Shown here one piece after another: positions 47,947-57,797 of a DNA stretch of 64,000 nucleotides. The DNA is from an uncultured Gammaproteobacteria bacterium (GTDB lineage Bacteria; Pseudomonadota; Gammaproteobacteria; JAURND01). Below the pieces are notes generated by a model. The model did not search any database. It worked only from the letters and a program-made list of their open reading frames with translations, and had not been told where the DNA came from. The translations under genes and the position numbers were made by a program. Every line of letters begins with the position of its first letter. Within the stretch, counting starts at the first letter, position 1. The stretch spans positions 544,001-608,000 of the forward strand of contig CAVQQD010000003.1 in assembly GCA_963714975.1 (NCBI GenBank), given 5' to 3'.

Positions 47947-48363
47947 TTGGGTAAAATGGAAATCTTACAAAAAAATATTGGCCTAATGCGAGAATACCGA
48001 ATACGACTCATGGCAGTCATTCAAGATTTAGCGCAGTTATATACCACTTATGGTCATGATGGCGCTAAGGCTTTTATCAATACTAAAATTCGTGTTGCTT
48101 TTGCGCAAAATGATATAGAATCTGCCAAACTAATTTCCAGTTGGCTGGGTGACAAAACTATTACTCAATATACTCGAAATCGACGAGGATTGAGTTGGAA
48201 TAGTGAATTAGCTAGTGATGGGGAATCACTATCGTATGTCCGACGAGAATTGATGCTTGCCAGCGAAATTATGCAATTGCCGAAGGATAAAGCGATTGTT
48301 GCGGCAGAAGGAAGTGCACCATTAAAAATGAAAAAAATAAGTACTAGAATGCTAGCTAATTGA
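47947..48363 (+). CDS. virD4: VirD4 coupling protein, fragment 3
   Basis: Preceded in frame by LLLDEFSALGK; IQD..QL...YG, IS..LG..T, R.LM...EI. Confidence 0.85.
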   Translation: MGKMEILQKNIGLMREYRIRLMAVIQDLAQLYTTYGHDGAKAFINTKIRVAFAQNDIESAKLISSWLGDKTITQYTRNRRGLSWNSELASDGESLSYVRRELMLASEIMQLPKDKAIVAAEGSAPLKMKKISTRMLAN

Positions 48364-48715
48364 TTTTTTGTTTAATTATTAATAAAGCTATTTTTAAAAT
48401 CTCATCAAGGACATCAATTATATTTTTCAACCACCAAGGTAATTCTAGCAACCTAAGACTATTCAGTATAATTTCACCTAGCTCTATTTTTTTATCTCCA
48501 TCAAGAGTGGGAAAAATTTTTAGCTCATATTCAAAAGCTTTCTCTAAATTTACGTCATCACCATATACAGAAAAATTGGTAAAATCATGTTTTTCGATAG
48601 ATTGTTCTACTTCTTCTATAGCATTTAATAGATTTTCATTTTTTATATTTTTAATCGTTCCTTTAATACAATTAGAGAGCTCCCGTAAAAAAATTTTTAT
48701 TTCTTCATTTTCCAT
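48356..48715 (-). CDS. Hypothetical protein (AT-rich)
   Basis: 119-aa ORF with strong RBS GGAGGA. Confidence 0.55.
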   Translation of the reverse strand: MENEEIKIFLRELSNCIKGTIKNIKNENLLNAIEEVEQSIEKHDFTNFSVYGDDVNLEKAFEYELKIFPTLDGDKKIELGEIILNSLRLLELPWWLKNIIDVLDEILKIALLIIKQKIN

Positions 48716-48872
48716 AATCCCTCCAATTAAACATATCTAGGCAAATATAGCTTAAAAATTGATTTATGCCCATTTCAGTCCAACTATTTTTTTTGCAATA
48801 ACTTGAAATTAGAGGTAGAGATTATAATATTTAAAGAAACATATTAACCAGCATTAACGAGGAAAATAAATA

Positions 48873-49175
48873 ATGGACAATTACGACCAATATTTTAATG
48901 AATTTATAATAAAAATTAAAATCATTTTTCCGAGAGGAACCAAATTCGTACATCATAATTCAACAACTATTAACAGATTTGATAAGAAAATTTGTATCCC
49001 AGGAGACAAAGAGAAGATTTTATCGATTTCTCGAGATGTTTTTGATGATTATTACGCAAAATTAGGGGAAAAAGAAAAAAATGTAACCTTAGCTAAATTT
49101 AAACAATTTGTAGAAAAAAACATAGATCAAAAAAATATTATATTTAAAAGAAACGAAATTATACAGAAAATCTAA
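48873..49175 (+). CDS. Hypothetical protein (AT-rich)
   Basis: 100-aa ORF with RBS GAGGA. Confidence 0.5.
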   Translation: MDNYDQYFNEFIIKIKIIFPRGTKFVHHNSTTINRFDKKICIPGDKEKILSISRDVFDDYYAKLGEKEKNVTLAKFKQFVEKNIDQKNIIFKRNEIIQKI

Positions 49176-49328
49176 TCACATAGAATATACTAAAATTTTT
49201 CAGTAATGAATTAAGTTCTGATATTTTTTCTAGGGAAAATGTACTTCCGAAATCATTTTTTTGTAAAAAACTAAAAAAAAGACCAACTCATACACAACTG
49301 CAGGACAAACATCTCCAGCTTATTTATT

Positions 49329-49442
49329 TGTGAGCTCAAACTGAACTGAAGTCCCGCCTACGGGGTCCTGCCGCGCGAGCACGGCGGGGTGCTCGCGCGG
49401 CAGGACCCCGTAGGCGGGACTTCAGTTCAGTTTGAGCTCACA
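49329..49442. mobile_element. Perfect-palindrome MITE (TGT...ACA) with 6-bp target duplication
   Basis: 54-bp arms, 6-nt loop; TTTATT at 49323-49328 and 49443-49448. Confidence 0.8.
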
Positions 49443-49761
49443 TTTATTTTAATAGATGTTAAATTTCAGATTGAGACAAATCTTATTGACACAGCTACTT
49501 AAACCATCAGAGGTACATTTCATTTGCGCTTTATCTAATAATTTAACTAGAAGCCTAATAAAACATATAAATGAGGAATTTCAACGTAAATTATTCTCTC
49601 TTGTAACCAGGGCGCATTTTTAAATTCCAGCCGATTGGTTAGTACATTTAACTTGGTTTATTTGATTTCTTCTGCAGGTTGTGAAATTTTGAATCGCTTT
49701 TAGTACTGTTAATTCTGTGAATTAACTGATGATTACAACTCACAAATACTTCCTCCATAAA

Positions 49762-50196
49762 TTAATTGTTTTCTGTGTCAGAAAGCTGTACTTTTCCTGA
49801 CTTAATCAATTTATAATGCTCCAATTCAGACAATTCTTTTTCTAAATCTTCCACCTGATCGATTAAAGTTATCGCATTTCCATCAACAGTGCTTTTTATC
49901 CAGTTTTCACAAACCTCCCTTACTTTAGTGCCCATGGCATTTAATCTTACTGATAATGGCGGGTGACTATCTGTCGGATGTGATGTATATTCTTCTCCAA
50001 TTTCATTTTTCATAAAATCTTGCGGGATCAACTCACAAGCATCCCTAAAAAATAGTGACAAATTTACTATTTGTTTTCCATCCGATAGAGCTTCTTTCAT
50101 TTTTTCTTGAGTGAAATACCAAGCGTGTTGATATAAATGAAGTTTAACTAGCGCTGACGCCATTGTCTTTTGTGAAGTAATCTTCATGCCAACCAC
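49762..50196 (-). CDS. M48 (HtpX-like) metallopeptidase, C-terminal part
   Basis: Upstream in-frame SRQRELNAD; SHPPLSVRL. Confidence 0.75.
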   Translation of the reverse strand: MVGMKITSQKTMASALVKLHLYQHAWYFTQEKMKEALSDGKQIVNLSLFFRDACELIPQDFMKNEIGEEYTSHPTDSHPPLSVRLNAMGTKVREVCENWIKSTVDGNAITLIDQVEDLEKELSELEHYKLIKSGKVQLSDTENN

Positions 50197-50263
50197 GTCG
50201 GCATTTAATTCTCTTTGCCTGCTTATTGCTTTTTCCGATTTTTCAAATGCAGCAATAAAAATA

Positions 50264-51250
50264 CTAATGAAAATAAGTGCGGGAAGGAAATGCCAATTGT
50301 GCTAATCCATTATTACTACCTGAATAATCAAGCGAAAAAATTGTATCTATAGAGCCTCTATATACTGGGTAAAATTTCTTACTCCATTTTGTATCTTTTC
50401 CAACAAAGTGACCCATCTCGTGACCTATAATTGCAGAAAACTCTTGTGTTGTTACTGCTCTGCAAAACGGCAATGAAATAAATAAACTTCGCCCCCTTAT
50501 TTCACCATTGAAACATATGACTTTAGCTTCTGTAACAAAAAATGTAGGATCCAATCCTGCAATAATAGTGTTTGGCGGTTCAGTCCCTATTTTTTTTGCA
50601 AGCAAATCTATAAATTGCCAAATAGTCGGATACTTATCCTTATTTAGTACTTCCCCAAAAATTCTAGTTTCAACATCTTTTATTGGTATGAATGATTTAA
50701 TAAATACGCTGATTGCTGTCAAGCCAGCTACAAGACCCAATCCACCTATCAAAAATATATGAACTTTTCCTAAATAAAATGACTCTGTCAAGTAGATACT
50801 AAAGACAAGTATCCCCGCATTAGCAGCCACTAATACCGCAGCACAAATTTGTGAAATGAATAAACCAGGTCTAAATAAATAAAAAAGAAAATTTCTATTT
50901 TGTCGTGAAAGAAACCCTAAGCTAAAAATAAAAACAAAAATTAATATCGTAAAAATCAGGATTGCCGATGAAAAATATGTGAGTATATTAATTTGATCAT
51001 ATTCACTGCATATAGAAGCAAAAGTCGAATCAAGGTTTTTTTCTCTGCAAATAACTCCTAGCTTAATCTTGTTTAAAAGCTCCTTCTTTTCGTTTAAAGC
51101 TATACCTTCCCTCTCTTTAAAGAATCGTGTCATTGTTTCTTCATATTGTTTTTCATAACTATGAGAAACTAAGCTTCCTGTAAAAATACCAATCACGGGT
51201 ATGAAGATAATTAGTCCAATAATAAAAACTTTATTTTTAAAATTTCTCAT
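50264..51250 (-). CDS. M48 (HtpX-like) membrane metallopeptidase, N-terminal part (frameshift near 50290)
   Basis: TM helices; AIIGHEMGHF zinc motif. Confidence 0.8.
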   Translation of the reverse strand: MRNFKNKVFIIGLIIFIPVIGIFTGSLVSHSYEKQYEETMTRFFKEREGIALNEKKELLNKIKLGVICREKNLDSTFASICSEYDQINILTYFSSAILIFTILIFVFIFSLGFLSRQNRNFLFYLFRPGLFISQICAAVLVAANAGILVFSIYLTESFYLGKVHIFLIGGLGLVAGLTAISVFIKSFIPIKDVETRIFGEVLNKDKYPTIWQFIDLLAKKIGTEPPNTIIAGLDPTFFVTEAKVICFNGEIRGRSLFISLPFCRAVTTQEFSAIIGHEMGHFVGKDTKWSKKFYPVYRGSIDTIFSLDYSGSNNGLAQLAFPSRTYFH

Positions 51251-51338
51251 ATTACTCCCGTTATTCAATCTTAAAAGGCAACATACTAAAACTCGCACCC
51301 ACATCTTACGCCATTTTATGATGTAAGCTTGTATATGG

Positions 51339-54038
51339 CTATTCTTTACTAACTGCTTCCTGGATACATTCAAAAGTACGGATTATTTGTTTTTTTAGAT
51401 CGAGATTATGATTTAATTTTTCCATTATAGTTTTATCTTTACTCATTCTCTCAACCAACTTCTCCAGTTGATTCTGCTGATGCACATGCCCTCGTTGGCC
51501 TTTGGTATGCTGACATTGTTCTTGCAACCTGTTATATTCCTGAACCATCTTTTGGTATTTTTGCTCCTGAGCACTTAATGGCTGAGAATTCACATTGGGC
51601 TGCAATACCTGCCACCGCCCCCTAATGCTTTGACTCACAGAGGCCAGCCTAGCCGCTAAATGTCTGCCAACTTTTTGTGCCATATAGCTTACCTCAATTC
51701 CTCGACGTTTTGCAAAAGCTAACGGATAATCCAGCGCACTATCTTTTAAGGCCGAACGACCTAGATTGCGTTTCAGTTGCTTAAAATCAGTATGGGTTTC
51801 TTGACTTAAATAGAGATGACAATTCTCCCTATGTCGACTCATAGCTACATAAGTAAGATGCCGATTCCAATATTTTCCGCCAACATAAGCAAACGTATTA
51901 TCGACAGTTACTCCCTGGACTTTGTGAATTGTGGCGGCATATCCATGGGTAAAATCGGTATAGGCTTGAGGATTGAAGATAATATCATTAAGCTTACCAT
52001 CTAACCGTACCTTGATTTCACTCACATTACCGCCTTCAGTAAATTTGATGGCTTGTACTGTGGCTAATCGACCATTACTCACACCCAAACCTCGATCATT
52101 TTTTAAAAATAATATTCTATCGCCTACCGTAATTTGCATTGTCCCACGGGTAGTTTGCACTGAATATCCTTCCGTGATTTCGCCTTGGTTGATACGGGTT
52201 TGGCGGATAGTTTGATTGAGCATCATCACGTCGTCATTGCGATGCGCTAAAACTAGTAACTGTCGGATATCGTTCGACTTAGTTTGCTGAGCGATCCAAT
52301 CCTGGACGAGCTGTTGCATTGCTTGTGAAGCAGTGGCATGGGTATGGATACATTGATGCTGTTGGTAAGCATCCAGCGCTTTGCTTACCTTGCCAGTCGA
52401 CAAATTATGCGTTGCGGTTCTCTGCCAAGCTTGCTGTTGGCGATAAACGGTTTGCAATTCAGCAAATCCCACGCGTTCTAATAAAGCACGAAAACTGGCT
52501 CCGGGTCCTACGGGTTGTAGTTGTTGGGGATCACCCACTAATACTAATTTCGCACCAGCTTGCTGCACCGCTTTGATCACCCCATGCATCGTGCGCACAT
52601 CGGTCATCCCCGCCTCATCCATGACCACCACATCATTTTTCTGCATTTGCAATGTGCCATATTGCAAGGCGGATAAAAAAGAATGAATGGTGCGGCTGGG
52701 AATGCCCACGTCTTTGGCCAGACCATCAGCAGCAATTCCTGATAAAGCTACTCCCTGCACCCGTGATCCTTGGGCTTGCCAAATTTCTTTAGCGGCAGTT
52801 AATGAATAACTCTTCCCTGTACCAGCACGACCGACCAAACACGCTATAGCTTTGGGTGCAACCAAATGCAAAATGGCTTGGCGCTGTTCTTCAGTGAGCC
52901 GTGTATGCTTGGCTAAAATTTTCTCAGCTCGGGTACATAGTTGATGAGCAGTTTTACGCAAACGATCAGCAGCGCGTTGGATTTCATTTTCTAAGCGGAA
53001 TAGATCACGGGTCGTGAAGCGATCACGACCATCTTCACCATGTCCCAAATGTAATAACTCAGGAGAATTTCGTACTTGCCATAATGCTTTGGTAAATAAT
53101 TCAGCATTTTCAATATCTTTCGACAGTGCCTTGGCAATATCTCGTTCAGTAAAGACTGCTTCATGATGGGTGATTTTCTGGAGTACCTCGGTAATTTTCT
53201 GAATACTGAATTTTTGCTTATCGCCCGCATATAATCCCAAGGCTTTACCAAGGTACTCTGTAGAAAAAGTCTCAACTTGGCTTGCTAATTTTTCCAACAA
53301 AATTCGTGGATTAGTTAGAATGCGTTTTAAATTTTCACGATCTGCTGTCGCTGATTCTTGCATAATTTCTGTGTTAATACCGCGCTGTTGCATTTCTGTC
53401 GCTGCTCGCCCACGATGGGTGGTTGGTAGCAAATCAATGCCTTGATCTTTATAGGATCGATGATCAATGCGTACTTCATGCTGATGCATACGCAAGTGAA
53501 AATTGACATACTCTGCCCATTGCTCACGCCAGGTATTCAGTAAAGTTTTATTATTCCAATCTCGATTTTTGCCACCAAAACCAGTATTCGTTAATTCACG
53601 CATGGTGAGCATCACATGCACATGGGGATTATTTTCTTCCCAATGTACGCTCCAATCCACCACCATACCGCGCAATACAAATTGATCGTGAATATATTCA
53701 CGCGCTAAATTAATTGCTTGTGCCTGGTTTAATTCAATGGGCAAAGCAAATTCAATTTCACGCGCTACTTGCGCATCAACTCGTTTTTCACCAGCTTCTA
53801 CCAAATTCCACAACTGCTCAGCAGCATTATCGGATTGCACCATGTCTCGCAACCAAATAGGAGCATTCTCGGGAATACTAATAGCGCTCGAAATAACATT
53901 GGGCTTTTTACGATAATCTTGCACCTTGGCTAAACGTTGATCGTACATTTTAGCCGCACGACGATAGGCGCTGCTGGCCACAGCGCTTTGGCCTTTTTTG
54001 CGTGAGATCGTTTTTACGGTGAAGTGAAATAGTGCCAT
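51339..54038 (-). CDS. traA: Ti-type conjugative relaxase-helicase TraA (MobA/MobL family)
   Basis: SAVA.SAYR, LWN.VE..EKR.DAQ.ARE, NPHVHVML, IDHRSY, GRAGTGKS, DEAGM, GYA.TIHK.QG. Confidence 0.95.
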   Translation of the reverse strand: MALFHFTVKTISRKKGQSAVASSAYRRAAKMYDQRLAKVQDYRKKPNVISSAISIPENAPIWLRDMVQSDNAAEQLWNLVEAGEKRVDAQVAREIEFALPIELNQAQAINLAREYIHDQFVLRGMVVDWSVHWEENNPHVHVMLTMRELTNTGFGGKNRDWNNKTLLNTWREQWAEYVNFHLRMHQHEVRIDHRSYKDQGIDLLPTTHRGRAATEMQQRGINTEIMQESATADRENLKRILTNPRILLEKLASQVETFSTEYLGKALGLYAGDKQKFSIQKITEVLQKITHHEAVFTERDIAKALSKDIENAELFTKALWQVRNSPELLHLGHGEDGRDRFTTRDLFRLENEIQRAADRLRKTAHQLCTRAEKILAKHTRLTEEQRQAILHLVAPKAIACLVGRAGTGKSYSLTAAKEIWQAQGSRVQGVALSGIAADGLAKDVGIPSRTIHSFLSALQYGTLQMQKNDVVVMDEAGMTDVRTMHGVIKAVQQAGAKLVLVGDPQQLQPVGPGASFRALLERVGFAELQTVYRQQQAWQRTATHNLSTGKVSKALDAYQQHQCIHTHATASQAMQQLVQDWIAQQTKSNDIRQLLVLAHRNDDVMMLNQTIRQTRINQGEITEGYSVQTTRGTMQITVGDRILFLKNDRGLGVSNGRLATVQAIKFTEGGNVSEIKVRLDGKLNDIIFNPQAYTDFTHGYAATIHKVQGVTVDNTFAYVGGKYWNRHLTYVAMSRHRENCHLYLSQETHTDFKQLKRNLGRSALKDSALDYPLAFAKRRGIEVSYMAQKVGRHLAARLASVSQSIRGRWQVLQPNVNSQPLSAQEQKYQKMVQEYNRLQEQCQHTKGQRGHVHQQNQLEKLVERMSKDKTIMEKLNHNLDLKKQIIRTFECIQEAVSKE

Positions 54039-54061
54039 CGTTCCTTGCCTGTTAGCACCAC

Positions 54062-54092
54062 ATTGCCGCGCAATGTATAAGTGCGCATTTCA
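54062..54092. other. Putative MOBQ-type oriT
   Basis: GTATAAGTGCGC resembles the TAAGTGCG nic core; preceded by CATTG...CAATG inverted repeat; lies between divergent traA and traC/D. Confidence 0.65.
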
Positions 54093-54257
54093 AAAAAATG
54101 ACGTTCGGTGTGATACGAATTGATTATAACCACTAGTTTTATGAAAAGAGCATTTTGCACGAAATCTCAACATAAATTGATTTCAAATGGATTAGGATAA
54201 GCCTACTTAACTGGGAATTCTGGCTGTCCAGGACAATACATTTTTACGGAGAAAGAT

Positions 54258-54569
54258 ATGAGAAACTATAGCGACAAATTGACGCAATTAATTTCCAAAA
54301 CCAAAGCCTTGGAAACCAAGAAAGAAAATCTTATTACTAAACGGAAAAATGAAATCGCCCTGTTAGCAGCCAATTATGAATTGCTCACTGTTCCAGATAC
54401 TATTCTGCAAGGTGCATTTTCTGAAATTTCTGAGGCGATGAAATTAAAATCACCTAAAATAAAGCAATGGGAGGCTATTGGTTTAAAAACCGCCTCCTTT
54501 TCCCAACAGCTCAACTCAGCCACTAAAGAAAATCCAAATTCAATTATTACGTCTCCAGCAAAAATATAA
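54258..54569 (+). CDS. Putative relaxosome accessory protein (TraC-like)
   Basis: Small coiled-coil ORF between oriT and traD; GAF...W...G..F pattern. Confidence 0.55.
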   Translation: MRNYSDKLTQLISKTKALETKKENLITKRKNEIALLAANYELLTVPDTILQGAFSEISEAMKLKSPKIKQWEAIGLKTASFSQQLNSATKENPNSIITSPAKI

Positions 54570-54576
54570 TCGACTC

Positions 54577-54807
54577 ATGCTGCAACAACGCAAACAAGAA
54601 ACTCGTCGCAAGATTCAATTAGGTGGCTTGATAGTCAAAGCCGGCTTGCAGGATGAATCAACGGCCGTGCTGTATGGACTATTATTAGAAGCTGCAGAAT
54701 TATTGGAAAGTTCCAATGCATCTAAAACTCGCCAACGTTGGCACATTAGCGGAGATGTGGCTTTCAGCTTAGAGAATAAAAAAATAAATAGGGTATTGCA
54801 TTATTAA
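54577..54807 (+). CDS. traD: Conjugal transfer protein TraD (Ti-type)
   Basis: RK.ETRRKIQLGGLIVKAGL...LYGLLL...W...G. Confidence 0.9.
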   Translation: MLQQRKQETRRKIQLGGLIVKAGLQDESTAVLYGLLLEAAELLESSNASKTRQRWHISGDVAFSLENKKINRVLHY

Positions 54808-55262
54808 GAAAGTCTGAGGATAATGTCACTGCGGATATGACAGGTAGTTCACACCTGCCATACCCTGGCCACAACAAAAATCTAAATTGGAGATTTTCAT
54901 CATGGTTGCAACCATTTTAGCTTATCGTGTGTTCGCGCAAAACAGCTTTTTGCACTTTCTCACTCCACTTAAACTATTATTTTGCCTTGTTCAGGCAAAT
55001 TTAAGGGCTATTTCATTTAAATCCTCGCAGACCATGATGGGTTGTGGTGTGGGATAGCTTTTGGGGATGGTTTGGGCAGTGAGGAATTGCGAAAGGCTGG
55101 GTAGTAGAATGGTAGGGGTGGTTATAGTGGAGCAGCGGGCTCCGCTGCTCTGCTCTAATCTTTAAGCCTCTACCATTCCTACCCACGAACGCATATGTCT
55201 GATGATTTCCAATTTCTGTTGTGTTGCACATTCACTTTCTTATAACAACACAGGAGCATTCT

Positions 55263-55688
55263 ATGAATAAAACTGAAAAAACTACTCCCATCGCACGAAT
55301 TTTATTAGTTGAAGACAATTTAATGTGCGGAAAGGCACAAAAGGGATTGTTGGAGTCTGAGCATTGTCAGGTAAATCTAGCCACTACCGCGGGCGATGCC
55401 TTAGGTAAAATTGAAAAAGGAAATCTCTATGATTTCGCGGTGATTGACCTTGGTCTTCCGGATCTGAGTGGCTTAGCATTAGCGCGAATTATTCGCAGGT
55501 TCCCTGATAAAATTAGCACGCTACCTATTATCATTTTAACCGCACATGGCACTGAAGCACATAAAAAAGAAGCTCGGGAGATTGGCTGTAATGGTTTTTT
55601 ATTTAAGCCACTGCTCGGAGAAGGATGTGAGGAATTGGTTAAGCATTTTGTACTATCCTACGATCAAGATTATTTTATGGAAAACTAA
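55263..55688 (+). CDS. Single-domain response regulator
   Basis: ILLVEDN, IDLGLPDLSG, PIIILTAH, FL.KP. Confidence 0.9.
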   Translation: MNKTEKTTPIARILLVEDNLMCGKAQKGLLESEHCQVNLATTAGDALGKIEKGNLYDFAVIDLGLPDLSGLALARIIRRFPDKISTLPIIILTAHGTEAHKKEAREIGCNGFLFKPLLGEGCEELVKHFVLSYDQDYFMEN

Positions 55689-55689
55689 T

Positions 55690-56109
55690 ATGAACCATCA
55701 TGTACTCAAGATCCCTTTTAAACCAGCAGACATTGCACAGCTTGTTGAGTTATTTGGGAAAACCTTTCAATATTATTGCCATCACCCTGGAAAAATTTCC
55801 AGGGTTGATGCGCAGGGATTTCTAACTCACCTCAACACTGTAGTAGGCCTCAGTTTGACGACGATATTGGCACAACAAGATTTAATTGCAGTAATTAGAA
55901 AATTAGTCAATCGCTACTTGCGTTATTATCCTTTTTATCAACATCCCAAAAAATCTAAATTATTAGCATCGACCGTAGTAGACCTAGTCTGTTGTGGTAC
56001 CGATCTATTACAGGATATTGGCAAAGCTTATTATGGTCATGACCTTCTCAGAGCACTAGAGCAATGCATCATGCATATGAAAATTATAATTTTAGCATCT
56101 GTGCAATAG
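55690..56109 (+). CDS. Hypothetical protein
   Basis: ATG immediately after the receiver stop codon; 139 aa. Confidence 0.5.
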   Translation: MNHHVLKIPFKPADIAQLVELFGKTFQYYCHHPGKISRVDAQGFLTHLNTVVGLSLTTILAQQDLIAVIRKLVNRYLRYYPFYQHPKKSKLLASTVVDLVCCGTDLLQDIGKAYYGHDLLRALEQCIMHMKIIILASVQ

Positions 56110-56287
56110 TGGGAATTGATAGTGGCTTTGTAGCCACTGCTGCTATACCGAGGTCCAGAAGCTGCCTCAGATGATGGCGAGAAATGCACTGCATTTCAGC
56201 TAAAATAATAACCTTCCTCCAAGCGCCATTGCAAAAAATTTCTTTTAGTATTTCTACACAATTCATGTCAGGAAAATTCATATCCAT
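56084..56287 (-). CDS. Degenerate receiver-domain fragment
   Basis: (YNLIL)MDMNFPDMNC...TKPLS; N-terminus not found. Confidence 0.45.
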   Translation of the reverse strand: MDMNFPDMNCVEILKEIFCNGAWRKVIILAEMQCISRHHLRQLLDLGIAAVATKPLSIPTIAQMLKL

Positions 56288-56468
56288 CAGAATTAATTAT
56301 ACTTACCTTGGCGAATTTTTTGTTGAACTTCGTACCCATTTTTTACGACATCCACCTGGAAGCCTAAAGATTCAAACAATGATTTATGAAAAAATTCTAG
56401 AACATTACTATTTTCAGCTAATAACACCCTGGGCCTGCAAGCAACCCCCTGTAAAGCACTCACTGGAA

Positions 56469-56768
56469 TTAAGCAGCCACATGCAAGGGTTCTAGCTGGG
56501 ATGATCTTAATCCTGATTGCATTTTTTCAATATCGCGTTGAAAGCATTTTACAATAGTTTCCACCGCACTAATTTCATCTTGTGATGGGTAAGTATTACC
56601 CATTTTCTCAAGAATTCTAAGAGCCACACAAGTCAAATATAAGGATTTACTCATGGCGGGATCTTTCGGTTCTTCTTTAATAACACCCAGGTAATTATTC
56701 CATAGGATGTTATGTAGAGCAGCCTGAAAAGCGTTATTTTGCTTAATCAAATACATTTTTTGCGACAT
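56469..56768 (-). CDS. Hypothetical protein
   Basis: 99-aa ORF with strong RBS AGGAGG. Confidence 0.55.
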   Translation of the reverse strand: MSQKMYLIKQNNAFQAALHNILWNNYLGVIKEEPKDPAMSKSLYLTCVALRILEKMGNTYPSQDEISAVETIVKCFQRDIEKMQSGLRSSQLEPLHVAA

Positions 56769-56867
56769 GTTGCACCTCCTAAGATTAGCTATTTATGTTA
56801 AGGTTATTTTAAACTTAACACTAATCTTTAAAAGGGCTTAGAAAGTACAGTGAATTACCCCAGTAAT

Positions 56868-57797
56868 TTACTGGAGTAAAAATGCAAAAACCTTAGAACC
56901 AGGGACTTTTGCTCGAATTACATAATAGTCAATCAAGCCTCCATGATAAGCTTTTAACCAAATTCTAGACCACATTTTAGGGACCACCTGGTTTAACCAG
57001 GCATCAATCCCTCCCCAAACGAATTCACCGATACTATCAATTTGAATATCTTCAAAATGGCTTTTTTCTAAAACTGTCTTAACTTCTTCTATGGTAAAAT
57101 CGCTCATATGAACGTAAAAATCAGGAATAATAAGCTTGAGCTTATTAACACTTGCCTCATCTTTGGCAAAAAACGTCGTAATTATAAATTGTCCATTCGG
57201 GTTTAGTACACGATAAGCTTCAGATACAAAATTTGGAATTGAGCTGAAATGATGGGCTGCTTCGATTGAAAATGCATGAGAAAAGGAATTATCAGGAAAA
57301 GGCATCTGTTCGGCATTGCCTATGAAAAATTTTAAATTTGGAGATGATTTCAAAATCTCAGCATGTGTTATCAAAGACCTTGCTATCTGTTCTTTAGTAG
57401 CATCTAACCCACAAACTTTTCTCACCTTATATTTTTTTGCAAGTAATACGCAACCATAACCTTGTCCACTTCCCATTTCAAGCGCTTCACTAGCGCTATT
57501 TAAAGACAAAGAATCTAATACGTAATGGTACAAGTTTTCTGAACTTAAGATTCTATCCTCTATGCTTATTTTTTTCCCCTGAAAATCAATTCCTTTCCAA
57601 AGTCCAAAATTAATATACCCTCCAGAAAACATCGGGAATTTAGCCAAATCACTGCTACTGTACATGTTTTCCGTGGTGGGTGGATTTATATTTAGGTGAT
57701 CAACACTTACTCTAGAGTTTTTATCAATTAAGGCGGGTTTTACTGTATCTAAATTTCCAGCACCCAAGTAATGCAATATTTCTTCTGTTGTTTGCAT
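56868..57797 (-). CDS. Class I SAM-dependent methyltransferase
   Basis: GGYINFGLW, LEMGSGQGYG, AEQMPFPDNSF, SIEAAHHF, E..RVL.P.G. Confidence 0.9.
   Translation of the reverse strand: MQTTEEILHYLGAGNLDTVKPALIDKNSRVSVDHLNINPPTTENMYSSSDLAKFPMFSGGYINFGLWKGIDFQGKKISIEDRILSSENLYHYVLDSLSLNSASEALEMGSGQGYGCVLLAKKYKVRKVCGLDATKEQIARSLITHAEILKSSPNLKFFIGNAEQMPFPDNSFSHAFSIEAAHHFSSIPNFVSEAYRVLNPNGQFIITTFFAKDEASVNKLKLIIPDFYVHMSDFTIEEVKTVLEKSHFEDIQIDSIGEFVWGGIDAWLNQVVPKMWSRIWLKAYHGGLIDYYVIRAKVPGSKVFAFLLQ

Noticed and set aside
48360-48740. 126-aa plus-strand ORF
   Set aside because: Antisense shadow of 48356-48715, which has the strong RBS
54902-55057. 51-codon ORF with RBS after traD, and nearby hairpin at about 55128-55151
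   Set aside because: No recognisable motif or clear TM helix; cannot be supported as a gene, toxin or RNA
56780-56845. TTAA-rich stretch as a PmrA box
   Set aside because: Half-site spacing does not fit the 11-bp period
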